A DNA stretch of 64,000 bases, taken from NCBI GenBank assembly GCA_945871915.1, contig CAMBXO010000014.1:2124-66123 (forward strand), read 5' to 3'. This document shows positions 17,113-29,000 of this stretch, piece after piece. The translations under genes were made by a program, and so were the position numbers. The notes below the pieces were generated by a model, which worked only from the letters and a program-made list of their open reading frames with translations, did no database searches and was not told the origin of the DNA. Within the stretch, counting starts at the first letter, position 1, and each line of letters opens with the position of its first letter. Origin of the DNA: Singulisphaera sp. GP187 (GTDB lineage: Bacteria > Planctomycetota > Phycisphaerae > Phycisphaerales > SM1A02).

Positions 17113-18936
17113 ATGCGGTGTGTGCTGCCGTTTATTGCGTGCCTTGTGGTCGGATGCTCCAACATTGAGGAAGCAGCGCCCCGGCCGCGCCCCAGCAGTT
17201 CCGCATCCCGCCCCTCTTTCGAAATTGATGTGGTGCCGATTATGCGTGGCACTGTGGCAAGTGAGGCAATTCTGCAGGGATTCGACTCGGTTGTGGTGCG
17301 GGGGTATGGCATTGTTGTGGGCTTAGCGGGAACCGGGAGCAAGGTGATGCCCGCCGAGGTTCGTGCGCTGCTGATTCGCGAACTCACCCGTCGAGAAATT
17401 TCTGATCCCGTCAATGGACTCGACATTTCTCCGGAACGATTTCTGGATAGCGACAACATTGCAGCCGTGGTGGTTGAAGGCACCGTTCCACCCGGTGCCA
17501 GCAGAAACACCGCCTTTGATGTCCGCGTGTTTGTGGTGCCAGGTTCAGGCACCACCAGCCTTGAGGGCGGAAAGTTGTGGACCACCGAATTGCGAGCAGG
17601 TGTGCTCTCCGTTGGCAATCGCCAACCGAATGTTGTGGCTGAAGCCAAGGGGCCTTTGATTATTAATCCATTCAGTGGCACCTCCGCTGCTGCACGAAGC
17701 GACATTGATTTGATGAGTGGCCGCGTGCTCAATGGTGGTCGCGTGCTCAAAGACATTCCCATGCGACTTCGACTTGGCACGCCAAGCCATTCACGAGCGG
17801 GCACGATTGTGTCGGCCATCAACACACAATTTCCACGAGAGCGAAATCAGCGAGATGACACGGCCCGCGGCCGAAATGATGATGTCATTGAATTGTGCGT
17901 GCCGCCGAGTTATCAGGGAAAAACAACTGGGTTTGCACAGCTGGTGCAACATACAAGTTTGGATCCGCAGAACACCGAGGCGCTGGCCGCTGCGGTGCGT
18001 CGAAGTTTGCTTGCCAATCCCGGCGTGGCGGAGGCGGCAAGTTGGCGTTGGCAGGCATTAGGAAAGAAGAGCATTCCGATGTTTCAGGATTTGTATACGC
18101 ATCCTGAAGAACAGCCACGCATGGCGGCACTCGAAGCGGGGGCAAAACTTGGCGACCCCGTGGCGATTGCCCCCCTGTTGAAGATGGCTCAGTCGGGCAC
18201 TCCCAAAATCCGGTTGGCGGCAATCAAACTCCTTGGCAACATGGATTCGGACGCGACCGTGGATGTGGGTCTGCGGCCGTTACTGAATGATCCTGATTTA
18301 GATGTTCGGCTGACGGCCTATGACATGCTGTTGAAACGGCTTGATCTCAGCATTGAGCGCACCAATGTGAATGGACGATTTGAATTGAATGTGGTGCCAT
18401 CGACCATTCCGATGGTGTATGCCGCTCAAACTGGTGCGCCGCGGATCGCCATCTTTGGAAGCGATCTCATGCTGAAGAGGCCGTTGACCGATTCCATCTG
18501 GGACGGTCGATTGATCCTGAAAGCCGAAGGCGGCGACGATCATGTGCTTGTCTTCTATCGCAGCCCGACCAGCGAACGAGGTCGCGTTGAAAAGGTGTCG
18601 GCCGACCTTGCGACCTTTGTTGCGTTCCTTGGAACCACCCCGACTCCCAACACCGGAAACCCAGGTCTGGACTTGCGTTATGGCGAATGCCTGAGCGTGC
18701 TTCAGAGGCTGTGTGCCTCGGGCACCATCCCCGCGCCGTTCCGGGCCGAACAGGATCGAATCCTTGCCGAGATCATGCGGTCTGAAGATGAGGCGCAGGA
18801 CCACAAGGAACGGCCCGAGTTCCCCACTGAACCGGTTGCAGGTGTTAGTCCGTCTCTCGCACCCACTCCGTCGACCAAACCGCCACCGCCCGCGCTTGAT
18901 GGAAAGGCCAAATCCGCGGATACTGTGCCACGCTGA
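17113..18936 (+). CDS. lipoprotein with FlgI (flagellar P-ring)-like fold interrupted by HEAT-like repeats
   Basis: Start re-picked to ATG 17113, giving MRCVLPFIACLVVGC|S (lipobox). RGYGIVVGLAGTGS, NIAAVVVEGTVPP, SLEGGKLWTTEL and the C-terminal CLSVLQRLCASGTIP align with E. coli FlgI segments. Residues encoded at about 17980-18345 look like PBS-lyase/HEAT repeats. Confidence 0.7.
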   Translation: MRCVLPFIACLVVGCSNIEEAAPRPRPSSSASRPSFEIDVVPIMRGTVASEAILQGFDSVVVRGYGIVVGLAGTGSKVMPAEVRALLIRELTRREISDPVNGLDISPERFLDSDNIAAVVVEGTVPPGASRNTAFDVRVFVVPGSGTTSLEGGKLWTTELRAGVLSVGNRQPNVVAEAKGPLIINPFSGTSAAARSDIDLMSGRVLNGGRVLKDIPMRLRLGTPSHSRAGTIVSAINTQFPRERNQRDDTARGRNDDVIELCVPPSYQGKTTGFAQLVQHTSLDPQNTEALAAAVRRSLLANPGVAEAASWRWQALGKKSIPMFQDLYTHPEEQPRMAALEAGAKLGDPVAIAPLLKMAQSGTPKIRLAAIKLLGNMDSDATVDVGLRPLLNDPDLDVRLTAYDMLLKRLDLSIERTNVNGRFELNVVPSTIPMVYAAQTGAPRIAIFGSDLMLKRPLTDSIWDGRLILKAEGGDDHVLVFYRSPTSERGRVEKVSADLATFVAFLGTTPTPNTGNPGLDLRYGECLSVLQRLCASGTIPAPFRAEQDRILAEIMRSEDEAQDHKERPEFPTEPVAGVSPSLAPTPSTKPPPPALDGKAKSADTVPR

Positions 18937-19002
18937 AGGTGGAACCTTACACGGGTTCACATCCGTCCAGGATGGACGGACACTCACGCGACAGGAGGTC
19001 TG

Positions 19003-22000
19003 ATGCGTCTCAGCAGTCTTACGCTCTTTGGATTCAAAAGTTTTGCCGATGCCACCGAGTTTCGATTTGATGCGCCGATCACTGGAGTGGTTGGACCCAA
19101 TGGTTGCGGCAAAAGCAATGTCGTTGATGCGGTGAAGTGGGTTCTTGGCGAACGAAGCGCCAAGAGTCTGCGAGGTTCGGCCATGATGGATGTGATTTTT
19201 GCGGGCAGTGCAAGCCGAAAGGCGGGCAGTCACGCAAGCGTCATCTTGCAATTTGACAATCCCAAGTTGTCCGCGCCAATCGATCGCGGAGTTCCGGAGA
19301 CCGCTCTTGAAACCGATCTTCCTGAATCGGGTGAACTGGAGGATCTTGCACTTGACGGGCCGGTTCGTCGCGATCAAGTACAGGATCGATTGCTGCCTGT
19401 GGACACCGATGACGTGCAGGTGGAGCGACGTTTGTGGGCCGATGGCCGCAGCGAATATCTGGTCAACAATCGCAAAGTGCGCCTGCGGGATATTCGCGAA
19501 TTGTTCATGGACACCGGTATTGGCAACGACGCCTATTGCATTATCGAACAGGGCAAGGTGGATGCCATGCTGCGCGCGCATCCGGTTGAGCGGCGATCCA
19601 TTCTTGAGGAAGCCGCTGGTGTTGCCCGGTTCCGCGCCCGCAAGCATGAGTCCGCTCGTAAATTGGATATCGCTGAGCGACACCTTGTCGCCATTCGTGA
19701 ACAACTTTCGGGCGTGGAGCGACGCCTTCGGATTGTGCGAGGGCAGGCCGAGAAGGCTCGAAAGTTTGTCGCCTTGGATGAGCAACGGCGAACGCTGCGC
19801 ACGGCGCTTGCCTTTGATCAGTATCACGAACTTCGAGAGCGGCTTGATGGCTTAACGAGTCAGGTGACGTTGCTTGAGGATCAGCGAAGGCACGTGGCCG
19901 CGGCACTGGAACAGGCCGAAGCCACTCGGCACGAACTCGATTCCCGCCGTGCATCAACGCTCGACCAGCGACATCAGTTGGAACAAGTTCGCTTAGAGGC
20001 CGCCGGCATTCAGCGGCAGGCTGAACAGCGATTGGATTTTGTGGAGCGAGCACGAAGCGAAAATCGCAGCGCCGTCGAGAGTGAAGCCGCCCGTCTTGAA
20101 GCCATGGAGGTGCAGCATCGCGAACATGCCGCACGGCTGGAAGATGCCATTTCGGATTCCGATCAAGCCGAGCGCACACTCGCCGGAGTAGATCTTGAAG
20201 TGACCGAGTGCACTGGACAACGCAATGATCTTGCTGAGCAACTTGAAGCGGCCGATCTGACTGTTCGGCGAAAGTCCGAGACCGTTGCCGGAGTCGAGCG
20301 GGAGCGGGCACGGGCGTTGGGCCGACTTGCTGCGATTCAAGAGCGAGGCCCCTCCCTTGAGCTTGAACTCACCCGTGCCGATGCTCGCCGCGACCGTTTG
20401 AAGGTTGAACTGGACCAAATCGCCGAGGCTCGCACCGCGGCGCAACACGAGCGATCCAGCGCGGAAGCGGTGCTCGAGCAACTGCACGCCCAGATTGCGG
20501 CTCATACCGAACAGGTGAACAGTCTTGGCGACCAGCAATCCGATGCCTTGCGAAGGCTGGCAACACTGCGAGAGGATCGAAGCAGTCTTGAAAGCCGCCT
20601 TCGCCTACTTCACGAAATGGCTCAATTGGGAGAAGGCTTGGACGAGGCGGTCAAATCGATTCTGGCCAATCGAGATCACCATCCGTGGCTTGCTGGAATG
20701 CTTGGCGACTTGATTGAAACCGATGCCGCGCACGCGGCCGCGATTGAAGCTGCACTGGGTGATGAATTGCAAACGCTGGTGGTTCGCCGCGCGGACGATC
20801 TTCCCTTGGCCGCAGAATCCGTGCGCGGGCTCGAAGGCCGGGTTCGGCTTGCGGCCCCCTGCTGTGCACACCCTCGCCAGCCTGTGATCTGTGATCAGGC
20901 TTCCAATTTGCTTGACGGCGTGCGTTGCACGAGCGACATTCGGCCGGTTGTGGAGGCCTTGGTGGGTCGTTGTTACCGCGTTGGCAATTTGCGAACTGCT
21001 CTCGAGTTGGCATCGCAAGAACGGTTTCACGGTTGCACACTCGTGAGCGATTGTGGTGCTGTGGTCGAGGGCGAAGGCCGCGTTCGTGTCACCGGCGCTC
21101 GCACCGCTCGGTCTGGCGTTTTGCTGCGTCGCGTGGAGCGAGGCGAACTGGAAGCTGCGGTCTCGGCTTTGTCGGTAGAAATTTCCATGGCCGATGGTGA
21201 AGTGAGCGGTTTGACCGAAGCCGCCAGCACCGCTGCCCGTCAACAGCAGGAACTTGACCATCTCATGCAAAAGGCCATGCGTCAACGCCTGGACGGCCAA
21301 TACCAAATGGAACGGCAGGAGCAACTTCAGTTGCGTGTGCGACATGACATGGACACCGCCATGGCCGAGCGAAGTGAATCGGAACGGCGAATGGGTGAGA
21401 TGCATGGAGAACGCGAAGCCGGACAGAGCAAGGTGCGTTCGCTCGATGCCTTGCTGGTGGATGAGCGGCACGCCATGGAATCTGCACAGGCGGCCATGGA
21501 TGCGGGAACATCAGGTGTTCAGCACGCCCTTGAGCGACTCGCAGCTGCCCGCACCCGTGCAGGCGAAGCGACCGCCGTGCTTGACGGGCGTCGTCGCGAA
21601 CGTCGCCTGATTGAAGTTGCCATGGAAACGCTGGGGTCTCAGCGTGCGGAACTGCTTCAGGATCACGAACGGCGAGCCGCTCGAAGCGAGGAACTCGCAC
21701 GCCAAGCTGCCGAAGCCCAGCATCAGCGAGAACAAGCGATTCAAGCCGAAGCCACAGCCATGGAGCAAAGTGAACGCATGGCCACCGAATTGCAAGTGGT
21801 GATTGAAGAAGCCACCAAGGCAAGTGACGGTGTGCGAACGCTGCGTGAGCAGGCGCATCGCGTGGAACGAGATCACTCTGCTGTTGAGATCAGCAGGCGT
21901 GAGGCGGAGGTTCGTCGAGAGTCACTTGAAGAAAGCACCATGACGGAACTCACATTGGATCTCTCTGCCGGCTATCAGAACCATTGTGAATCCAGAGCCT

Positions 22001-22746
22001 TGGAGGGTTTCTCCCCGCCTGATCGAGATTCGGCCAATGTTCAGGCCGAGCAACTTCGAGTTTCTATTCGCGCGCTGGGCAATGTGAATATGGAAGCCAT
22101 TGACGAACTCGATCAACTGGAGACTCGCAACGAAACGCTTGCACGAGAATTGGCCGACATTGATTCGGCACGCGCTAGTCTGCTTCACCTTGTGGAACGC
22201 CTTGACGATGTGAGTCGCCGGCGATTCAAGGAGACCTTTGAAGCCGTTCGTGAACAATTTGCGGGCACCGACGGAATGTTCCGCCGCCTCTTTGGCGGAG
22301 GCAGCGCCGATCTCTATCTGATTCCACAAGAAAATGGCGAGATCGATTGGTTGGAGTCAGGCGTAGAAATTCGTGCCAAACCCCCTGGCAAAGAGCCTCG
22401 CGTCATTAGCCAACTTTCCGGCGGCGAAAAGACCATGACTGCCGTGGCACTTCTGATGGCGATTTTCCGAAGCAAACCAAGCCCATTCTGCATTCTGGAC
22501 GAAGTGGACGCGGCTCTGGATGAATCCAATGTGGAGCGATTCACCAATGCTCTTGTGCCCTTCCTGGACCGCAGCCATTTCATTGTGATTACCCACCACA
22601 AGCGAACCATGCAGGCCTGCCATGCCCTGCACGGTGTCACCATGGCCGAGCGTGGTGTTAGCCGCAGGGTGAGCGTGAGGGTGGATCAAGTGAGTTCGGA
22701 TGGCCGCATCAGCACGGACGCCTCAGAAACCGCTGTGCCGTCGTAA
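19003..22746 (+). CDS. smc: chromosome partition protein Smc
   Basis: N-terminal FKSFAD...[20 protein letters not shown], long coiled coils, a hinge, and C-terminal [14 protein letters not shown]...[18 protein letters not shown] upstream. Confidence 0.97.
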   Translation: MRLSSLTLFGFKSFADATEFRFDAPITGVVGPNGCGKSNVVDAVKWVLGERSAKSLRGSAMMDVIFAGSASRKAGSHASVILQFDNPKLSAPIDRGVPETALETDLPESGELEDLALDGPVRRDQVQDRLLPVDTDDVQVERRLWADGRSEYLVNNRKVRLRDIRELFMDTGIGNDAYCIIEQGKVDAMLRAHPVERRSILEEAAGVARFRARKHESARKLDIAERHLVAIREQLSGVERRLRIVRGQAEKARKFVALDEQRRTLRTALAFDQYHELRERLDGLTSQVTLLEDQRRHVAAALEQAEATRHELDSRRASTLDQRHQLEQVRLEAAGIQRQAEQRLDFVERARSENRSAVESEAARLEAMEVQHREHAARLEDAISDSDQAERTLAGVDLEVTECTGQRNDLAEQLEAADLTVRRKSETVAGVERERARALGRLAAIQERGPSLELELTRADARRDRLKVELDQIAEARTAAQHERSSAEAVLEQLHAQIAAHTEQVNSLGDQQSDALRRLATLREDRSSLESRLRLLHEMAQLGEGLDEAVKSILANRDHHPWLAGMLGDLIETDAAHAAAIEAALGDELQTLVVRRADDLPLAAESVRGLEGRVRLAAPCCAHPRQPVICDQASNLLDGVRCTSDIRPVVEALVGRCYRVGNLRTALELASQERFHGCTLVSDCGAVVEGEGRVRVTGARTARSGVLLRRVERGELEAAVSALSVEISMADGEVSGLTEAASTAARQQQELDHLMQKAMRQRLDGQYQMERQEQLQLRVRHDMDTAMAERSESERRMGEMHGEREAGQSKVRSLDALLVDERHAMESAQAAMDAGTSGVQHALERLAAARTRAGEATAVLDGRRRERRLIEVAMETLGSQRAELLQDHERRAARSEELARQAAEAQHQREQAIQAEATAMEQSERMATELQVVIEEATKASDGVRTLREQAHRVERDHSAVEISRREAEVRRESLEESTMTELTLDLSAGYQNHCESRALEGFSPPDRDSANVQAEQLRVSIRALGNVNMEAIDELDQLETRNETLARELADIDSARASLLHLVERLDDVSRRRFKETFEAVREQFAGTDGMFRRLFGGGSADLYLIPQENGEIDWLESGVEIRAKPPGKEPRVISQLSGGEKTMTAVALLMAIFRSKPSPFCILDEVDAALDESNVERFTNALVPFLDRSHFIVITHHKRTMQACHALHGVTMAERGVSRRVSVRVDQVSSDGRISTDASETAVPS

Positions 22747-22992
22747 ACCCAGCGTGCCGTCGTAGAAATTCTGGATTCGTTTTTGAACTCCTCAAACTCG
22801 GTGCTATGTTGCATCGCCGTCCGCCTGACGGAGCTCCCCATGGGTCTCGGGGATGCACAGCGTGCCATCGTGGGGTCGCTGTGCTTGGCTTGTTGGCGGG
22901 CGGTTTTTCATAGGCGATTCTCGGTGATCGGCATGCGAAGTTCGCCCGATTCAAGCCGTAGCCGCCGCTTTCGCTAGCATCGCGCCGCACGC

Positions 22993-24168
22993 ATGTCGAC
23001 ACAGATATCGATCGATGCCTTGGTCGTTGGGGGTGGAGTCGCCGGTCTGTTTGCCCTCGGATCCATTCGCAATGCGGGTCGCTCTGCGCTGCTGGTGGAG
23101 TCCAACGGTCTCGGTCATGGGCAAACCACATCCAGCCAGGGCATTCTGCATGCTGGCTTGAAGTATTCCCTTTCGGGGATGCTTGGAGGCGGAGCCGCTG
23201 AGGCCGCCGAAGCCGCCGTCACATGGAGCCGCATGTTGCAAGGCGAAGCGCAGCCATCTCTGGCGGGTGTTTCTGTTTTGAGCGACCACTGCCTTGTCTG
23301 GCGTACTTCGCGAGTTCTTGGGCTCGCCGGAATGTTCGGCGCACGCCTTGCCCTTCGGACCAAACCGACGTCGGTTCCTGTCCAACAGCGACCTCCGTGG
23401 CTTGCTGGCGTGCGGGGCGATGTATTACGCCTTGCTGAAACCGTGCTTGATCCGAGGGAGGTGCTCAAACATCTTGCTTCTGACCATGTGGGGCAATTGC
23501 TTCATGGAGCCATCCACTCCGTTGAGCGACGACCCGACGGCATGGAAGTCTCGATTCGCTGTGGAGAACAATCGTGCAAAGTGTTTACCCAACAACTCAT
23601 TCTGACCGCAGGCGAAGGCAACGAGGCCCTGCTTTCATTGTTGGGAATGAAAGCCCATCCACCCATGCAGCGGCGGCCCCTACGGCAGGCGATGGTGTGC
23701 GGGGACTTGCCACTGGTCTATGGACATTGCATCGATGGAGCCGCCACACGAATCACCGTCACCAGTACGAACAGCAACGATGGTGTCGTGTGGAATGTGG
23801 GCGGCGAACTCGCGGAACATGGAGTGGCCATGGACGACACGGCGTTTCTGATGCACGCTCGCCACGAGATTTCGTCGTGCCTTCCGGGTGTTCATCTCAA
23901 GCAAGCACGCTGGAGTCAGTTCCATGTGCAACGAGCAGAGCCGCGAACACCGGGTGCTTCACGACCTCATGCCGCATTTGTCCAGAGTCGAGATCGCGTG
24001 ACCGTTGTGTGGCCGGTGAAACTTGTGCTTGCGCCGCAAGCGGCTGCGGCCATTGAACCAACTTTGTTTCCCTCGCGATTTCCGGCCGCGGTGTGGCCTC
24101 ACCATTTGCCCGCACCAGAACTCGCCGCCCGCCCGTGGGAAAACACACCATGGAGAGTGCTGGATTGA
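22993..24168 (+). CDS. FAD-dependent oxidoreductase (GlpD/DAO-like)
   Basis: Dinucleotide fold DALVVGGGVAGLFA....LLVE followed by GQTTSSQGILHAGLKY. Confidence 0.72.
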   Translation: MSTQISIDALVVGGGVAGLFALGSIRNAGRSALLVESNGLGHGQTTSSQGILHAGLKYSLSGMLGGGAAEAAEAAVTWSRMLQGEAQPSLAGVSVLSDHCLVWRTSRVLGLAGMFGARLALRTKPTSVPVQQRPPWLAGVRGDVLRLAETVLDPREVLKHLASDHVGQLLHGAIHSVERRPDGMEVSIRCGEQSCKVFTQQLILTAGEGNEALLSLLGMKAHPPMQRRPLRQAMVCGDLPLVYGHCIDGAATRITVTSTNSNDGVVWNVGGELAEHGVAMDDTAFLMHARHEISSCLPGVHLKQARWSQFHVQRAEPRTPGASRPHAAFVQSRDRVTVVWPVKLVLAPQAAAAIEPTLFPSRFPAAVWPHHLPAPELAARPWENTPWRVLD

Positions 24169-24971
24169 ATTCTGCGCTTTCCATTCCTTTGCGAACTGCC
24201 GCAAGACTTCCCCGCCCCGTGTGCGTCCTTGGATGGGGTGCCTTTAAAATTGGACGCAATCAGGCCACCAAGTATCCCACCCCCTATGAACTTCCAACAG
24301 ATTCTCACAGCGCTGTGGTGATTGGTGAAGTTCTCGACATGGGGATTGGTGTGATCGATACCGCACCCGCGTATGGGTTGAGCGAATCTCGCTTGGGTGC
24401 CGCATTGGGATCACGGCGCGAATCGCTGTTTCTGTGCAGCAAAGTTGGCGAGACCTTTGAGAATGGCGTGAGCCGGTTTAATTTTTCACAGGCCGCAGTT
24501 GCTGCAAGCCTGCACGCCAGCCTTGAACGGTTGCACACGTCGTGGCTTGACCTTGTGTGGGTGCACTCCGATGGACATGACGAGAACATTCTGCGTGATG
24601 GTCACGCCATTCGGTCACTGGATTCCGCTCGCCACAGAGGCGAGATTCGATCGATCGGTTTCTCACCGAAGTCGCTTGCAGGTGCAATGGCCTCGCTGGA
24701 TCACCCGCTTGTCGATGCGGTCATGGTGGAATTGCATCCAGACGATGTCACCATGCTTCCAGCGGTGGAGCATGCGGGGCGACAGGGCAAAGCGGTCTTT
24801 GTGAAAAAGCCTTTAGCCAGCGGTCGACTGAACCCACAGCAATCGATCCCGTGGCTGCTTGCCAACCCGTCCGTCACCTGTGTGGTGGTCGGCGGGTTGA
24901 ATATGCAACGGCTTAGAGAGACGGCGGAGTTGACGATGAAGAAGTCACCGCGCTGCGAGCCGGAATCTTGA
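24150..24971 (+). CDS. aldo/keto reductase family oxidoreductase
   Basis: LGWGAFKIG, IDTAPAYG and GFS motifs. Start re-picked to ATG 24150, a 19-nt overlap with the upstream gene. Confidence 0.78.
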   Translation: MESAGLNSALSIPLRTAARLPRPVCVLGWGAFKIGRNQATKYPTPYELPTDSHSAVVIGEVLDMGIGVIDTAPAYGLSESRLGAALGSRRESLFLCSKVGETFENGVSRFNFSQAAVAASLHASLERLHTSWLDLVWVHSDGHDENILRDGHAIRSLDSARHRGEIRSIGFSPKSLAGAMASLDHPLVDAVMVELHPDDVTMLPAVEHAGRQGKAVFVKKPLASGRLNPQQSIPWLLANPSVTCVVVGGLNMQRLRETAELTMKKSPRCEPES

Positions 24972-26031
24972 GCGTAAGCCCAACCTTGAGCGATCCCGGA
25001 TCGGAACCGATCACATCTTTGTTGGCCTCATGAATGACTTTCCAGTATTTATTCGATCCATACACCTTGATGGCAATTTGAGAAAGCGTGTCGCCGCTCG
25101 CCACGGTGTAGGTCGATGCGCCGCTACCCGTTTGAGTGCTGCTTGATGACTTGGAAGCCGCACTCGAAGCACCTGCGCTCCCCGCTGGCTTTCCAGCAGC
25201 CGATCCATCCATGACAGGAACGGTGAGAACTTGGCCGATTTGCAAGCGGGACGGATCAACGCCTGGGTTGGCCGCAGCAAATTTCTCAAATCCTCGCTCG
25301 CTGCCGCTCAAACTTCGCCAGATACTTGCAAAGCTGTCCCCCGCCGCAACCACATAGGTGCCCGGCGTGGTGGATTGCGGAGCAACCGCAGCAGCAGGAA
25401 CTGGTGTTGGTGAAGGCGATGCAACAACTGGTTTCACCGGCGAGGCCGATGGAACAACAGGCGATCCCGCCGCGTTCGCCGGATTGGTTTCCGAGGTGGT
25501 CACCGTGGCCGCAGCGACTGGTAGCGGCGTACTGGAAACACTTTTCGATGGCTGCACGCCAACGGGTTGGACTGTTGACGGAGGAACTGCGTTTGGTGAC
25601 GCAGCCGCGATGGTGGTGACCACTGGGGTCGTCGTCGTGTTGGAGGCCACATCCTTTTCAAACCCATCAAGTTTCGCCGGAAGCGGAGTCATGGGCTCGT
25701 TGGCCTTAGAGAAATCCTTTGGCACACCGGTGGACGATCCGCTAGAAACGCCCTGTGCTGGCATGGAGGTGCCTTCCGCACTCGCAGCGTTGGTCACAAC
25801 AACTGGCGTGGCAGCGGCCACGGGTGCATCGTTCGCCTTGGGTTGCTCACTTCGTGATGCCAAGATCGAGTCATCACTCGCAAGCGTCGACGGCGCGTGT
25901 GCAGCACTTGATTTCAATTGAAGTTTTGTTCCGCTTGAACGCTGGTTCGGCGCGCCCATGGCGTAATACAAGCCCGCAGCAGCGAAGGCGATCACACCGG
26001 TTGCAAGAAGCATTTTGACTGGATTATTCAT
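24913..26031 (-). CDS. membrane-anchored Ala/Ser/Thr/Pro-rich protein with two C-terminal LysM domains
   Basis: N-terminal TM helix. LysM 1: YVVAAGDSFASIW...LQIGQVLTVP. LysM 2: YTVASGDTLSQIA...LKVGLTLKIP. Confidence 0.8.
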   Translation of the reverse strand: MNNPVKMLLATGVIAFAAAGLYYAMGAPNQRSSGTKLQLKSSAAHAPSTLASDDSILASRSEQPKANDAPVAAATPVVVTNAASAEGTSMPAQGVSSGSSTGVPKDFSKANEPMTPLPAKLDGFEKDVASNTTTTPVVTTIAAASPNAVPPSTVQPVGVQPSKSVSSTPLPVAAATVTTSETNPANAAGSPVVPSASPVKPVVASPSPTPVPAAAVAPQSTTPGTYVVAAGDSFASIWRSLSGSERGFEKFAAANPGVDPSRLQIGQVLTVPVMDGSAAGKPAGSAGASSAASKSSSSTQTGSGASTYTVASGDTLSQIAIKVYGSNKYWKVIHEANKDVIGSDPGSLKVGLTLKIPARSAVTSSSSTPPSL

Positions 26032-26065
26032 GGGTCGGAGTCCTTTGTTTCAATCAGGAAGTGTC

Positions 26066-29000
26066 TCAGGCTGGAAGTGCCGCGGCGATGGCTTCGCGCG
26101 GATGGTCGGAGTTGGTTGGATCGGCTCGCCGAGAGTAAACCAGAGTGGCCGCAACGGCGACGCTGGAGAATGTTCCTGCAATGAGACCGATCAAGAATGT
26201 AAACGCAAACGGTCGAATGCCCGTGCCACCAAGCGAATACAGAATAACCGCGGTTGCAATGGAACTGCCGCCGGTAAGGATGGTTCTGCTGAAAGTTTGA
26301 TTGATGCTGGCGTTCACCACCGCACGAGTAAGGAACGGCGACTTGCCTCGGTTCTCACGGATTCGATCCATGATCACAACCGTGTCATTAAGCGAGTAGC
26401 CCACAATGGTTAGGAGTCCAGCCACCACGTTGAGATCAATTCGGAAGTCACTTACAAGGAATGCTGAGCCAAGGTTGGTTTGGGCCACCAGATTGCTAAA
26501 CGAGAGCAAGCCAAGACACACAATGAGATTGAATAAGAGTGCAACAACCGTACTGCTTGAGAATCTGAGCGATCCGAATCGCAACCAGATGTAACCGAGC
26601 ATGAGCACCAAACTCAAAACCACCGCGACGACGGCATTGGCCACCAAACTTCGAGCCACTGCCGGGCTGAAACTGCTCACCTGATCCATGGTGGTGCCCT
26701 GTCCGAGTGCGGCGCTGATCAATTTCCATTCGGGTGCCGCAAGACCTGACTCCCAGACGGAAAGATCCACCTTAAGGGAATTCACCGTGGGGTCGTTCAC
26801 CAAGACCACCAAAGACTTAAACCCAGGCTGTCCATCGCGCGTGGTCGCGGGGTCAAAGCCGACCACTTCTACATCTCGTCCGGCTTGCGCCGCAAAGTCG
26901 GGCTGATTTCGAAGGCGCTGCAGCCGCTTCGATACATCATCCACCGTGACTGGCGGGTCGACATTTTCAAGAACCACTGCAAGACCGCCTCGGAATGCGC
27001 CCACTGGCCGATCAAGTCCGCTGCGACCAACATTGTCGCCTAAGCGGTCCTTCTCGATGGCAAAGGTGTACGGGGCATGCAACGGATCGCCTGATCCCGT
27101 AAATGTGGAGGGCAGCCGGGCATCAAGTTCGCTTGCAAATTCTTTGACCACGGCGTTGGTCACCGTATTGGTAATGCGACTCTCATCCACCTCTCCGCCG
27201 CTTGGGTTGGAGGACTTAATCTGAAAGCTGGAAGCTTCAAAACCCTCCGTCTGCTTGCCAACCGTCAGCACCGTCGCACTTCGCAGTTCCGACAAAATTG
27301 GATCCGTAGGATTCGCTGTTCCAACGGCGTGAATGCGCCGTTCAACATCGGACCGAGAGAGCAACAGTTGCCCCTCACTATTGGCAGGCTCGCCAGGCTT
27401 GGCCAATCGGGTGGACATGGTCATGGCGACTCCACCTCGGAACTCCGTATCAAAGATGTCGCCGCCGCGAACCACAATACCCGTGAGGCAAATCACGGCA
27501 ACCACACTGGTTCCTGCAAGAAGCACAGGCTTGAGTCGCAGCCAATCCACCTTGGGATGCAGAGCCCGTGCCACCGCCGGTGCAAGAATGGGCAGCATGG
27601 GCAGTGATCGCCGATGCATCGGCCCAGTCCAGAAACCAAGCAAGACTCGTGTGACCCACAGGCCTGAAATGAATGTGGCAAACACGCCAATGGCCATGGA
27701 GACACCGAAGCCCTTCACTTCGGTACCGGCGAACAGAATCAGCACCATGCACACAATCAGGTTGGTGATGTTGCCGTCGAAAATGGCGCTAAAGGCCCTT
27801 GCAAATCCAATTCGAATTCCATTTCGAAGCGACTCGCCGTTGTTGACGAGTTCTTCGCGGATGCGTTCATAAATCAGCACATTGGCGTCCACCGCCATAG
27901 CCACGCTGAGGGCGATTCCGGCAAGCCCGGGCAGCGTGAAGGTGGCATCCATAAACGCCATCACTCCAAAAATCACGGTGGCATTCACAAACAGAGAGAG
28001 GTCCGCGATGACACCGGCCACCAGGTAATACAACAGCATCATGATCGCCGTCACGCCAATCGAAAGCACCACGGCTTGAAGACCCCGCACCAAATTGTCC
28101 GAGCCAAGAGCTGGCCCAAGCACATTCACACTCACGGGTTCACTGCTCAACTGTCCTTGCAAAGCACCCGCACTCAGAACGCGAATCAAGTATCGAATTT
28201 CCTCTTCGCCGAAACTGCCAGTGATCTGACCGCTTCCGCCAATTCGGCTTTGAAGTGTCGGCGCCGTATACACCTGTCCGTCAAGCACAATGGCCATCGG
28301 CTTGCCCACATTGGGGCCAGTCAGACGACTCATTTCTTGACCGCCAGCTTGATCAAGGCGAAACGCCACACTGGTGCGACCAAGTTCATCGATGCTGCGA
28401 CTGGCTCGTTCAATGGCCCACGATTTACCGCCGGAGTGAGTCAAACTTCGTTCAGGTGTGGTGTGAAGAAGGATGTACACGCGGCCATCACCCAGCCCGC
28501 CAACCATGTCGCGTGCTGCAAAGAATGCGGCAGGATCCTGCTCAAGCAATGCTCGTTCGGTCGGTGTATCAGCCCACTGCTTCAGATCATTGATTGGAAA
28601 CCATGCGGCCAGTGGGCTCTGGCCCGGAATGGCGCCGTGCGCACGCAGGTCGTCACGCATTTGCTGCGGATTGACTCCCTCGGGTGCTCGATCGCTGACG
28701 GCAATACGAAATTCAATCACACCTGAACCGCGGAAGAGTCGCTTGAGATCTTCCGGATCGTCCAAGCTGGTCCGCATTTTTTCGTAGTCCGTCCATGCCG
28801 CCACCAGGGCATCAATCTCGCTTGTAGCAATCGGATATTCCGCGCGCAAATCGCCGATCGCTTTACTACGCAGACTCAAACCGGTTTGCACAGACCGATC
28901 CGGTGCCACCTGCGGCTGCCCAGTTTTGAGATCGCGAACAACTTGTGGCGCCACGTCCAGCGAAAGAATGCCCGTCACCCGCGACTCACTCACGCCACGA

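Noticed and set aside
18298-19827. 509-aa ORF on the minus strand
   Set aside because: It lies entirely antisense to the smc coding region. Its product is a low-information Arg/Gly/Ala-rich translation typical of shadow ORFs in GC-rich DNA, and smc homology is unambiguous on the other strand.
24913-24971. 59-nt 3'-end overlap of the convergent aldo/keto-reductase and LysM genes
   Set aside because: Both tails lie outside the conserved domains. The overlap is most simply explained by late stop codons in GC-rich sequence. I found no evidence of regulatory function.
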